Source of the DNA: Mycobacterium leprae TN | GTDB taxonomy: Bacteria; Actinomycetota; Actinomycetes; Mycobacteriales; Mycobacteriaceae | Direction: 5' to 3' | NCBI RefSeq assembly: GCF_000195855.1 | Contig: NC_002677.1 | Location: forward strand, 1,440,001 to 1,472,000 | Length of the DNA stretch: 32,000 nucleotides | In this document: one piece after another, positions 22,158 to 32,000 of the stretch | Position numbering within the stretch: position 1 is the first letter of the stretch | Layout of the letters: each line of letters opens with the position of its first letter | Notes under the pieces: model-generated | What the model was told of the DNA's origin: nothing | Seen by the model: the letters and a program-made list of their open reading frames with translations, nothing else | Databases searched by the model: none | Made by a program: the position numbers and the translations under genes

Positions 22158-25100
22158 TTGCACCCGGGCGGCGCTATTGGGGGTGAACTCATCTTCAGTC
22201 GGTTAGGCGACATCGTCACACGGTGGCCGTGGGTGGTAATCGGTTGCTGGACTCTACTTGCGCTGATGCTCCCGATGACGGTGCCGTCGTTGACGGAGCT
22301 AACTCAGCGTCATCCCGTCGTGATTCTGCCTGTTGATGCGCCGTCGAGCGTCGCAGCCAAAAAGATCTCCCAGGCATTTCACGAGGTGGATTCGGAAAAC
22401 GTATTGATCGTGCTGCTGACCGACGACAAGGGGTTAGGACCGGCCGACGAAACCGTTTACCGCACGCTGGTGGATCGGCTGCGCAATGATACCAAAGACG
22501 TTGTGGTGTTACAGGATTTCCTCAGCACACCGCCGTTGCATGAGTTACTGGTTAGCAAAGACGGCAAGGCGTGGATCCTGCCGATCGTCCTGGCCGGTGA
22601 GCTTGGCACGTCCGCGTCCTATCAGGCCTACGCAGGCGTCGCGGGCATCGTGAAACAAACCTTGGAAAGCACAGCCGGATCGTCTCTCAAGGCCAACTTA
22701 ACGGGGCCGGCGTCCACCGTCGCTGACTTGACGGACGCCGGGGCACGAGATCGCACGTCGATCGAGCTGGTGATCGCCGTTTTGTTGCTAACTATTTTGA
22801 TGATTATCTATCGCAACCCGATCACCATGTTGTTGCCGTTGATCACGATCGGTGCATCGTTGATGACTGCGCAGGCCGTGGTATCTGGCGTCTCAGTACT
22901 GGCCGGTCTGGCTGTTTCCAACCAGATGATCGTGTTGCTCAGTGCGATGATCGCCGGTGCGGGAACTGATTATGCGGTGTTCCTCATCAGCAGGTATCAC
23001 GACTACATTAGGATGGGGTCTGGTTCGGCGCAGGATGCGGGTTGCGCCGTGCGACAAGCACTGATTTCCCTAGGCAAGGTGATCGCCGCGTCGGCGGCAA
23101 CAGTAGGTATCACTTTCCTAGGGATGAGCTTTACCAAAATCAGAGTGTTTTCCACGGTCGGTCCGGCACTGGCGATTGGGATCGCGGTAGCGTTCTTGGC
23201 TGCGGTGACCTTGATGCCGGCCCTCCTGGTGCTCGCCGGGACGCGTGGTTGGGTCGCGCCGCGGCGTGACCGCGCCGGCGCATTCTGGCGGCGAACCGGG
23301 GTGCGGATAGTGCGCCGGCCAGTGGCTTACTTGAGTGCGAGCATGGTCATTCTGATTGTGTTGGCCCTGTGCGCCAGCCTCGTTCGATTCAACTACGATG
23401 ACCGCAAGCAGATACCGGCCTCTGATGAGAGCTCTGTCGGATATGCTGCCCTGGAAAGCCATTTCCCAGTAGGTCAAGCGATTCCGGAGTACCTGCTGAT
23501 CCAATCGCCGCACGACCTGCGCACGCCTCGTGCCCTTGCCGATATGGCTGAGCTGGCGCAACGAGTGAGCCAGATTCCGGGCATTGCTCTGGTCCGTGGG
23601 GTTACTCGACCCACTGGAAAGCCGCTTGAAGAGACTAGTGCGACGTATCAGGCGGGCATGGTTGGTAAACAGCTAGGCAGTGCATCTCATCTCATCGGTG
23701 AAAGCACCGGCGACTTGAACCGACTGGCCTCGGGTGCTGGTCTGTTGGCAGACAAGCTTGGTGACGTACGCATTCAAGTTGGCCAGGCCGTCGCAGGGAT
23801 CAGTGGGTTGCTCGACAATTTGGCGTTCGCGCAGAAGATGTTTGGTGACAGCAAGACGTTGGGCGAAATCGACACTGCCGGCAAGCTTGTCTCGAGTATG
23901 CGTGCTCTCGGCAACATGTTTGGGATTAATTTCTCAACCACGATGAACGACATCAACTGGGTTGGCGCCGTGGTCATTGCTCTGGATTCCAGTGTGCTTT
24001 GCGACACTAATCCCATCTGCGCCGATGCGCGCGCTCAGTTCCACAAGCTGCTCACCGCATCTGAAGACGGAACTCTGGACAATATCGCCCACCTCTGGAA
24101 GCAGTTGGGGTCGACGCAGTCCTCGCAGACCATAGGCGCCACGGTCAGTGGTCTGGAGAAAACACTGACCGCCGTTAATACGTCGCTGCGCTCCTTGGGG
24201 CTGGATAATCCGAATGTTATGCGCTCAAAGATGATCGGTTTGCAAAACGGTGTCAACGACCTTGCGAGCGCCGGACGTCGGATCGCCGACGGTGTGGCGG
24301 TGCTCGTTGATCAGACCAGGACTATGGGCACCAGTCTTGCCCGGGCATCGGCCTTTTTGATGGAGATGGGTCAAGACGCATCTCAACCGTCCATGGCCGG
24401 ATTCAATGTGCCGCCGCAATTGCTCAATACGGAAGATTTTAAGAAACTCGTCCAGGCATTCATCTCGCCAGACGGCCATTCGGTGCGGTACTTCATTCAA
24501 ACCGATCTCAACCCGTTCAGCAGTGCGGCCATGGATCAGGTCAACACGATCCTCAACGTCGCCACAGGTGCTCAGCCAAACACCACATTGTCGGACGCGT
24601 CGATCTACCTTTCGGGCTATACCGTGACGCTTCGAGACACCAGAGACTACTACGACCGAGATCTGCAGCTTATAGTCATCGTCACGATGATTGTGGTGCT
24701 TTTGATCCTTATGGCACTATTGCGCTCGATAGTTGCGCCAATATACCTCGTCGGGTCGGTGATTGTTTCGTATCTGTCGGCACTCGGACTCTGTGTCTTG
24801 GTGTTCCAGGTGCTATTGCGGCAGCAATTGCATTGGAGCGTGCCGGGATTGGCGTTCGTGGTGCTGGTCGCCGTGGGTGCTGACTACAACATGTTGCTCG
24901 CATCACGGCTGCGTGACGAGTCGTCACATGGCTTGCGTGCAAGCGTTATTCGCACCGTACGTTCCACCGGTGGAGTCATAACCGCGGCGGGTTTAATCTT
25001 CGCTGCATCGATGTTTGGTCTGCTGTTGTCCAGCATCGCGACTGTCGTGCAGGCAGGCTTCGTGCTTGGGTCCGGGATCTTGCTCGACACTTTCATTGTC

Positions 25101-25184
25101 CGTACTATTACCGTGCCTGCGGTCGCTGCTTTGTTGAGACGGGCGAGTTGGTGGCCCGCACGGCCGTGGGGTAACAACGCGTAG
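22158..25184 (+). CDS. mmpL10: RND-superfamily lipid transporter, MmpL10-like
   Basis: 1008 aa, two blocks of TM helices. [21 protein letters not shown] and [18 protein letters not shown] (MmpL-type TM4/TM10 D-Y motifs). Starts 6 bp after the papA stop. Confidence 0.9.
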   Translation: MHPGGAIGGELIFSRLGDIVTRWPWVVIGCWTLLALMLPMTVPSLTELTQRHPVVILPVDAPSSVAAKKISQAFHEVDSENVLIVLLTDDKGLGPADETVYRTLVDRLRNDTKDVVVLQDFLSTPPLHELLVSKDGKAWILPIVLAGELGTSASYQAYAGVAGIVKQTLESTAGSSLKANLTGPASTVADLTDAGARDRTSIELVIAVLLLTILMIIYRNPITMLLPLITIGASLMTAQAVVSGVSVLAGLAVSNQMIVLLSAMIAGAGTDYAVFLISRYHDYIRMGSGSAQDAGCAVRQALISLGKVIAASAATVGITFLGMSFTKIRVFSTVGPALAIGIAVAFLAAVTLMPALLVLAGTRGWVAPRRDRAGAFWRRTGVRIVRRPVAYLSASMVILIVLALCASLVRFNYDDRKQIPASDESSVGYAALESHFPVGQAIPEYLLIQSPHDLRTPRALADMAELAQRVSQIPGIALVRGVTRPTGKPLEETSATYQAGMVGKQLGSASHLIGESTGDLNRLASGAGLLADKLGDVRIQVGQAVAGISGLLDNLAFAQKMFGDSKTLGEIDTAGKLVSSMRALGNMFGINFSTTMNDINWVGAVVIALDSSVLCDTNPICADARAQFHKLLTASEDGTLDNIAHLWKQLGSTQSSQTIGATVSGLEKTLTAVNTSLRSLGLDNPNVMRSKMIGLQNGVNDLASAGRRIADGVAVLVDQTRTMGTSLARASAFLMEMGQDASQPSMAGFNVPPQLLNTEDFKKLVQAFISPDGHSVRYFIQTDLNPFSSAAMDQVNTILNVATGAQPNTTLSDASIYLSGYTVTLRDTRDYYDRDLQLIVIVTMIVVLLILMALLRSIVAPIYLVGSVIVSYLSALGLCVLVFQVLLRQQLHWSVPGLAFVVLVAVGADYNMLLASRLRDESSHGLRASVIRTVRSTGGVITAAGLIFAASMFGLLLSSIATVVQAGFVLGSGILLDTFIVRTITVPAVAALLRRASWWPARPWGNNA

Positions 25185-25611
25185 TCGATGACGACTTGAC
25201 ACAAAGAAGTAAAGCCCTGTTCAACGCATCACCGGAAAGCTGAAAGCTTGAATTAGATTGGCGCCCTACATTGTTTTCGGTAGACTGGGTGGCCCGAGGA
25301 GAGGCAGGGCTGGGGAAAGTTATCTAAATCATTCAAGCCATGCAACCACACCCTGGCTGGGCTGCTGCCGAACCTCCACCACTCGACCTTGCCGAAGCTC
25401 TGGCTAAGATCTTCGGATTCGGATCGTTTGAGGAAGAACGTTTCGTCAGTAGTTTTTGGATCCTGGTTTACTGATTTGAACTTGGCACAACAAGAGAAGA
25501 GCTGGTCGTTTCGTAGCTAACCACGCGACATCGTGGACCAAGCATCCGTTCCTCTTAACAACTTGACGATGCTGTGATGCTGTGGTGTGCGTTGCCTGAA
25601 AACTACTCAGG

Positions 25612-26688
25612 TCAACCCGGGGGCGGTGGAAGGATCGAGCGGAGCTGGGCGAAAACATTCAGGATGCTGTCGCGGAGCTCCGCGTCGATGCCGGCGATCG
25701 GGTCCATGCCGTTCACAGGATCTACGGAAATCGGCTTGTTTAAGGGATTATCGTTGTACGCATACGCGGCATCGATTTTCGGCTGTAGCACCGCATCGAT
25801 TTGATCCACCAAAGCGTCGGACCAGCCGAGGTAGCGCAGTGGCAACGTCAACGGAAGATGATTCACCGGAATTAAATACGTCGTTGTTTTGGCGCCCCGC
25901 GAGTTAACAGTGGTCCTGATGTTCTGCGGGGGCACATCTTCAGGATTGAAGAATCCGGATGGAGTGTGCGAGATTGCTCCCCCAGCGAAGCAATTCAACT
26001 GGGCTAACAGGTTGTCTGCCCGGTCAGGAAATTCGGACAGCCCATCGTATGCGGCGACAACTCTGTTGCTGTCGTACTGGCTGTCCATACGCTGGGGCAT
26101 CGTGTAGTCGATCAGCGGGATATAGTCCCCGGGCCGGAAGATGCTGGCAAGCACACTCTTGCCGAATCCGTGGTATCCTGAGGGGTCACCGAAGGTGTTG
26201 AACGTTAACTGGTCTGGTGGTGGTGCCGTCGGGTCAGTGGCGAGCTGTTCCTGTTCTGTGTCGAGGGCAAGGCTACCCTGGGACAAACCGACGACAGCGG
26301 CCGGCTCGGTCCCCCGGTGAATGGCTTGGTTTAGGTTTTTGGTTGCTACGGCAATCGCTTCGCCGATAGTCACTTCGTCTCGAGGCCCCGGTACCAGAAA
26401 TGTTGGCACATAGCGAAAAGGGGCTCTGGCGGGGTAGTCGATGAGTTTGCGGTTGACGTCCGGGAAAAACTCGTCGCCGGCCCGGATGGTGTAGTAATCC
26501 CAGTCAAAGGTCGGTGGTCTCGCGCCGCCTAGCGCATAGACGATTTTGGCGGGTGAGTTCTCACGCACCGGAACCGGGCTGGGTGGCAGCCATGGCTCCC
26601 CGGGTTCGCTTGATGCGACGGTGGATCCAAATCCACTAACCGTACCCACGGTCAAGGCGGCGAGGGTCGTAGCCAGTAGTCGTTTCAT
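25612..26688 (-). CDS. PE-PPE-domain serine hydrolase/acyltransferase, Chp2-like (Rv1184c-like)
   Basis: 358 aa from ATG 26688 (MKRLLATTLAALTVGTVSGFG signal-like N-terminus). GLSQG nucleophile motif and NTFGDPSGYHGFGKSV. The track start at 27204 overlaps the upstream gene and is probably wrong. Confidence 0.85.
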   Translation of the reverse strand: MKRLLATTLAALTVGTVSGFGSTVASSEPGEPWLPPSPVPVRENSPAKIVYALGGARPPTFDWDYYTIRAGDEFFPDVNRKLIDYPARAPFRYVPTFLVPGPRDEVTIGEAIAVATKNLNQAIHRGTEPAAVVGLSQGSLALDTEQEQLATDPTAPPPDQLTFNTFGDPSGYHGFGKSVLASIFRPGDYIPLIDYTMPQRMDSQYDSNRVVAAYDGLSEFPDRADNLLAQLNCFAGGAISHTPSGFFNPEDVPPQNIRTTVNSRGAKTTTYLIPVNHLPLTLPLRYLGWSDALVDQIDAVLQPKIDAAYAYNDNPLNKPISVDPVNGMDPIAGIDAELRDSILNVFAQLRSILPPPPG

Positions 26689-26852
26689 CTCGTTATTCTT
26701 ATTCTCCGAGTAACCCGTTGGGGCTATGCATCCGAGTGATGGTAGTGATTTTCGCGCCGCAATGGGCGCCGAGCCGCGACGCAAGCACGTCTTCACTAGT
26801 TTATGGTACCTGCAATGGCTGCCGGTTGCCACACAGCAAGTTGGACATCCAC

Positions 26853-27545
26853 TCACAGACCAGCTATGCCGACTGCGAGCAGGAGGCAGCTGACTCCGGC
26901 TAGCAGAGTAGCAACTTCGAGACGGCGGCGTGAACGGATCCAGTTGTTCAGAGCCGCCGTCCATGCCCGTGTCGTGTCGGGTGCCAACAGGTAGGCGGCG
27001 AGTGGGATCTCTATCAGCGCGAAAGCTACGACGTTGAACATCAGCAGTGCACCGACTTGCGTTGTGGCTGCAGCGCCGGAGGTCAAAATGACGGCAAGTG
27101 CGGCCAAATAGTCCACAGAAGGCAGCGCGATCCCCAGGCCGGCCACGCCTGCGACCCAGAGCGAATCCCCGTTCAGCAGTCTTGCTAGAGGTCTTGGTGC
27201 CCACTTTGACGGCTTCGGTGGGCCAGAAGCACTGTCGACGGGAGATTCCGCTGGCGGTTCGCTACTGATGCAGACCTGTACCGTCAATACGGCAGCTACC
27301 AGCAAAGCTAGCACACCGATCAGAATTTGCACCTTGGGCAACGTCAATTGCATTGAGGCCATGAGTCTGCGTCGAAAGACGAACAACACAACGAAACCTA
27401 CGGTCATCCCCATTGTGAATCCGCTGCACAGGAATACAAGCAGTTGCAGCGTCGGTCTGGGTCTGTTCAACATCAGTACCGTCATGCCGATCCGGAATGG
27501 CTCGAGGCTTATTGCGATGGCCATCAATAGGATTGTGATCCACAT
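26853..27545 (-). CDS. Polytopic membrane protein, Gap/Sap-like (glycolipid translocation accessory)
   Basis: 230 aa with about six hydrophobic segments (MWITILLMAIAISLEPFRIGMTVLMLNRPRP, GFTMGMTVGFVVLFVF, ALLMFNVVAFALIEIPLAAYLL), located between fadD-like and chp-like genes. Confidence 0.65.
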   Translation of the reverse strand: MWITILLMAIAISLEPFRIGMTVLMLNRPRPTLQLLVFLCSGFTMGMTVGFVVLFVFRRRLMASMQLTLPKVQILIGVLALLVAAVLTVQVCISSEPPAESPVDSASGPPKPSKWAPRPLARLLNGDSLWVAGVAGLGIALPSVDYLAALAVILTSGAAATTQVGALLMFNVVAFALIEIPLAAYLLAPDTTRAWTAALNNWIRSRRRLEVATLLAGVSCLLLAVGIAGL

Positions 27546-27574
27546 GGCAATTCGTGGTTGCCAGCTAGTGTGAT

Positions 27575-29314
27575 TTAGCCGTCTAACCGGGAGAACTGCT
27601 GCCGCCTATACTGCTCGACACAGGCGGTCCGCCTAACCTTGCCGCTGGTCGTGGTAGGAATTGACCCCGGCGGTACCAGAACGAGGTCGGCTACGTTCAG
27701 ACCATGTGACTTGGATATAGCCGCGGTGATGTTGTTTTTGACGGCGACGAGCTTCTGCATCGCTTCCGCGTCGGAGTCGCCGCGCTTTTTGACTTCGATA
27801 ATGGTGACCAATTTTTCGGTCTCATCAACCGGGACGGATATCGCCGCGACCCGACCACCGGTGATTTCCTGGACCGTCGATTCGATGTCTTCAGGGTAGT
27901 GGTTGCGTCCATACACGATCAGCAGATCTTTCATACGGCCCACGATGAACAGCTCATCCTCGGAGATAAACCCGAGGTCTCCGGTTCTCAACCACGGTCC
28001 CTCGGGTGTGCCTGGCGAGGGGTTAGCTAGCTTTCCGCCGAAGGTACGTTGCGTTTCCTCCGGTTTGTGCCAATAGCCTTCGGCGACGTTGTCACCATGT
28101 AGCCAGATTTCGCCTACCCTTCCTGTTGGGCACTCGATGCACGTGTCGGAATCCACGATTCGCACTATTGGTGACTTCGGCGTGCCGTAGCTCAGCAGTG
28201 GCGCGCCGGTCCGTGCTTCGCACCGTTTCACGGTGCCTTCCGACAGCTTCGCGGGTTCGAAATAAACGACCTCTGGCGAGCTTCCCTTAGGGCGGCTGGC
28301 GGCATAGACAGTTCCTTCAGCTAACCCGTAGGAGGGTAGCATCATGTCGTCGCGGAAATTGATTCGGGCAAACCGATCCGAGAACCGATTTAGCGTGGCG
28401 GGGTGGATTCGTTCACTGCCGCTGATGATGCCCTGGCAAGCGCCGAGATCGAGGCCGGCTATATCTGCGTCTGATGTCCGGCGTGCAGCCAATTCGAAGG
28501 CGAAGTTCGGTCCTGCAGAAAATGGGTGGCTGCTGGTGGCCATCGCTTGGATCCACCTGGCTGGACGTTGCAAAAACGAGATCGGACTCGTAAGCTCGCT
28601 CCGCCAGCCGCCCAGAATTGGTGCGACGACGCCGAGAACCAAGCCCATATCGTGGTAGAACGGCAGCCACGACACGATGGTGAGATCGAGTGGCGCCACA
28701 CCGTTAGTGGGAGCGAAGTAGTCAGCCATCAACTGTTGGAAATTCACCATAAGGTTCCGGTGCGTGACCATGACCCCGGCTGGAAGGCGGGTCGAACCCG
28801 AGGTGTACTGTAAGTACGCTGTGCTCGGCGCATCGGTGAGTCTAATATTCGATTTATTCTCGACGTCTAGATTTGGTGAGTCGACTTCGAGGATCGCCGG
28901 GACGGTGTCGGTGTCAGAGTGGTCAACGTATTTCGCGATCGCATCGGCAACCGCAGACGTTGTCAGGACGACCGAGGGTGATGTGTCGGCAAGCACAGCT
29001 CCGACACGTTCGTCATGGGAGCCGGCCTGAGGTACTGACAGCGGAACGGCGATAAAGCCAGCCTGCATAGCTCCCAGGAACGCGATGATATAGTCCAGCC
29101 CCTGGGGAGCCAATATCACTGCCCGGTCTCTTATCGAACCGTGCCGCCTGAGCTCGTGCGCAACGTTCAAGGTTCGTTGATACAGCTGCGCCCAAGTCAG
29201 TGTTTTGCGGACACCCGCCCAATCCTGCTCGTAGTCGGTGAAGCTGAATGCTTCATCGTCTGGCTGCAGGCCGGCACGTTCGCGCAGGAAAGAAAGGACG
29301 GACGAGTTTTGCAT
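27575..29314 (-). CDS. Fatty-acyl-AMP ligase, FadD21-like
   Basis: 579 aa. AMP-binding [66 protein letters not shown]. Confidence 0.92.
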   Translation of the reverse strand: MQNSSVLSFLRERAGLQPDDEAFSFTDYEQDWAGVRKTLTWAQLYQRTLNVAHELRRHGSIRDRAVILAPQGLDYIIAFLGAMQAGFIAVPLSVPQAGSHDERVGAVLADTSPSVVLTTSAVADAIAKYVDHSDTDTVPAILEVDSPNLDVENKSNIRLTDAPSTAYLQYTSGSTRLPAGVMVTHRNLMVNFQQLMADYFAPTNGVAPLDLTIVSWLPFYHDMGLVLGVVAPILGGWRSELTSPISFLQRPARWIQAMATSSHPFSAGPNFAFELAARRTSDADIAGLDLGACQGIISGSERIHPATLNRFSDRFARINFRDDMMLPSYGLAEGTVYAASRPKGSSPEVVYFEPAKLSEGTVKRCEARTGAPLLSYGTPKSPIVRIVDSDTCIECPTGRVGEIWLHGDNVAEGYWHKPEETQRTFGGKLANPSPGTPEGPWLRTGDLGFISEDELFIVGRMKDLLIVYGRNHYPEDIESTVQEITGGRVAAISVPVDETEKLVTIIEVKKRGDSDAEAMQKLVAVKNNITAAISKSHGLNVADLVLVPPGSIPTTTSGKVRRTACVEQYRRQQFSRLDG

Positions 29315-30062
29315 GGGCTTTAGGTTACCGCCTCAGTTGGGATCGGCTGGACGCCTGGTGTGGGGCGGATGAGACGGAAAGACGGTTGTGCACCGAATCG
29401 CGACTCACCAGAATCGCTCGCCAACCTAGTCTGATGCGGGTTGACAGCTGGGCGCTAAAAGATAATTAAGGCAGTTGCGTTTTTCGTCACTGATGTCACG
29501 TGACCAATTGCGATCGGGTACAGGGGAGATGTTTAGGCATGCGGTGGCATAGGCGTGTTTAGACCAGCGAAGGTAAATCGGATGCTTTGCTGGTGCGGGC
29601 TCGTTTGGCTGGTGCGGTCGATGAACAGGTCCACGTCACCGGCCTCAGCGAACTTTGCGGTGTGGACGATGGTGTCTATTAAGAAGTAACTGGTCTTGAC
29701 GACGTGGTAACTGGCGGTGATCTGACCGGAGTGTTAGCGGCGGCGTCTCTTAAATGCTTAATTTAGGGCGCCTTGTTTGCCGCCTCGGGCTAGCGTGTCG
29801 TCGCCTCGGGGGCTCAACGTTTCTCTACTCTAATAATATTCAGGATGAGGTTGATCGCATCCAAATGGAGCTGGTTCGCCGTGAGTAATCTGATAACACT
29901 AAGCCCGGACCAAACGACATCTAGGTTTGGGGTGCGACCGTGCGTAGCTCGTTTCGACTGTCTCGGATGGATTTAAATCGGACAGGCGCCCGATGCCAAC
30001 TGCCTGTAGATGTAGTCCTAACGCTTCTGATAACCGCCGTCGGGGTGGTACAGTGCTGACGC

Positions 30063-30089
30063 TATATCTATTTAGCTATTATAGATATA
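30063..30089. repeat. AT-rich inverted repeat TATATCTAT-N9-ATAGATATA
   Basis: Perfect 9-bp arms read directly. Confidence 0.8.
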
Positions 30090-30430
30090 TGTAGGGGGCG
30101 TTTGAAAGCAAATCTGCAGCAATCATATTGGTGGAGGGTTTGATAGCCGGCAGGGTTTGATGGCAGGTGTTGTTGCCATGATGGTCAGGTCTAGCGGTGT
30201 GGCTGTCGCATCAGACGACTTGGCCGGCGGGTAGCCTCTAAATATACGCACCTGGGGAAGCAGGGGTGTCTACCAAATGCCCCGGCAGAAGAACCCATAG
30301 TAAGGGCGTGTTAGGGCGTAGCTTCGCCGGCGCGGATGGGTTGGTCAACGAAATTGACCAAGGTGGTGCTGGAACGTGAGTTGAATTCGGAGCTTCCCCA
30401 ATCATTTGGGTATCGACGACATCACAAAGG

Positions 30431-30454
30431 TCACTGAAAGGGTCACTGAAAGCC
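30431..30454. repeat. Two tandem copies of GGTCACTGAAAG
   Basis: Exact 12-bp direct repeat, two copies. Confidence 0.9.
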
Positions 30455-30492
30455 AACTGTTCGTCATACTCGACGCGGAACTTAGCCCGTAA

Positions 30493-32000
30493 ATGTCTGA
30501 CGACGTGGCGATTATCGTCGTGCCGATTCCCCGGTTGCCGGCCAGCCCGCGCGACTTCTGGTGTGTCGTGCGCGACGGACGTGAAGTCACGCAATCGGCA
30601 GTTGACAACGTGGTCAATTTTGATGCCAACTTCTTATCGCCACGCTAGGCGAGTGCGATGGACCCTAGGTAGCGATTGGTGCTCAAGTTGATATGGGGAA
30701 CTACTTGAGGACGCGTTCGTCGTGCCAAAAACGATACTAGGACAACAGGTCGCGGTCTCCTCTCGGAGCGATTAACGACGATTACGCATTCCTGACGTTT
30801 GTTGCGGTTAACGTTGCTTCTGACTCTTTAGCTAGCACCAGTCGAGGGCTGATTGCCAACAGGGTGTCGTATTTCTTCGGGATGGGCGGCACCAGGGTGA
30901 CCGTTGATTCCAGTCAATCATCTTCTCTGGTGGCGGTTTACCTCACCTGTGGAAGTCTACGAACCGGTGCGTCGCCGCTAGCGGTTCTCCGGTGGCATCC
31001 CTCTCAACCTGGCGAGCGAAACCGTGTTATTGAAAAAGGAGTTTGGGGCATTTTCGGTGTCTGGCCACATCTAAGCGTTTGTTGGGCGCTCGGATGGATA
31101 TGTACCTTTACAGAGTGAAGGTGGCGGGTGGTTTCTGCTGAAGTTGTTACTTATTGCCGTTGACGATGGCGATAGAATCCATGCGATCATTCGTGGCAGC
31201 GCGGTTGGCAATGCCGGGCACAGCCGTCGCAGGGTTGACCGTTCCGTCCGTTTCAGGACAAGTCGTGTGATACGGAGTGCACTGTGCATTACCGGCATGG
31301 ATAGCACTGAAGTCCACTAGGTTGAGGAGCACGTAGTCGGCATCAAAATTGGCTACTCGATCTAGGCAAGGGTACCAGAGGAAATAGTCACCGATTGCCA
31401 GGACCGTCCAGTACGTGTAGCTTCAATGAAGATTGACATTGGCTACGCTGGTGGAGCAGCCGAAATCACTGGCCTGATCAAGATCGTCCTGTCGATCGAA
31501 TAGCGTATTGATTCCATCAAATTTCAACTTCGCGGACACCGGTCATGGCATCGATCTGGAAAGTCTAGGACTGCGCGTCGACACGACGCTGACACCGTGA
31601 TCGGTGCACAGTGAGTTGTTCTGGGCAGGAGTATCATTGTTCGGAACGGGTGGTACTAGCGCGCTTGTTTTTCTAGATAAGCACCAATTGTAGCGGAAAG
31701 TGTTGTTGCTTAACTGGATAACGATGTGGTCACCCTTCCTTGTGTGGTGTCCGCGTCGTTCGACGCAGGCGTTGGCAGATACGGAGGAACGGTTGTTGGC
31801 GGGCGTGGGTCAGCAACCTACGTTCGATATTGCGGGTGTCAGTTTCTCGTTGGTGACGACGTGGTCGGTGTTCGAGCCTCGGCTGGTACCGTGAGGGGTT
31901 GATCTTGGATATTTGTTTACAGAGCTGGCGGGGTTGATTTCCAGTGAGCTAGTCGTGGATGTTCTTGTAGAACAAGACTATTCGTTAGGCAAGATGGCTT
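30493..32000 (+). pseudogene. Degraded type I polyketide synthase (KS domain plus KS-AT linker), continues beyond the window
   Basis: Reconstructed in order: SDDVAIIVVPIPRLPASPRDFWCVVRDGR, FDANFLSPR, WGLLEDAFVVPKTILG, NDDYAFLT, ANRVSYFFGMGGTRVTVDSSQSSSLVAVYLTCGSLRTG, PLNLASETVLLKKEFGAFS, DDGDRIHAIIRGSAVGNAG, KIDIGYAGGAAEITGLIKIVLSIE, GIDLESLGLRVDTTLTP, ALADTEERLLAGVGQQPTFDIAGVSFSLVTTWSVFEPR. Confidence 0.88.

Noticed and set aside
26689-27204. Upstream 172-codon extension of the Chp2-like ORF
   Set aside because: Overlaps the Gap-like gene and lacks protein-like composition; the signal-peptide-like start MKRLLATTLAAL at 26688 is a better choice.
1-32000. CRISPR arrays, tRNAs, rRNAs, toxin-antitoxin or defence islands
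   Set aside because: No regularly spaced repeats, no cloverleaf or rRNA-like segments, and no recognisable defence-protein motifs were seen in either strand; tRNAscan-SE/Rfam and profile searches would be needed to exclude them formally.

Overview
This window looks like a decayed-genome mycobacterial chromosome of the Mycobacterium leprae / M. lepromatosis type. The assignment rests on family recognition and gene order; no database search was run. In order, it contains: (1) a biotin block: bioF (5'-truncated by the window edge), bioD, a frameshifted 2H-phosphoesterase (Rv1571-like), and bioB, followed by two small genes (Rv1590/Rv1591-like); (2) a disrupted secretory-lipase pseudogene (Rv1592c-like); (3) a Nudix/winged-helix NrtR-type regulator divergent from nadA-nadB-nadC, with a perfect inverted repeat between them; (4) a 4 kb non-coding/pseudogene region (10.2-14.3 kb) with a perfect 50-bp palindrome, a TetR fragment, a permease-tail fragment, an (AC)9 microsatellite and a shredded LipM-type esterase; (5) an intact lipid locus resembling the M. 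tuberculosis pks3/4-papA3-mmpL10 / chp2 / fadD21 (polyacyltrehalose) locus, with an additional Gap/Sap-like membrane protein gene; (6) a degraded second type I PKS running off the right edge. I found no CRISPR array, tRNA, rRNA or recognisable intact transposon, and no clear new defence or mobile system. The best candidates for follow-up are the 50-bp palindrome, the nadR/nrtR operator candidate with its catalytically degenerate Nudix box, the Gap-like gene in an intact PAT-like locus, and the reconstructed pseudogenes that the ORF track does not reveal.
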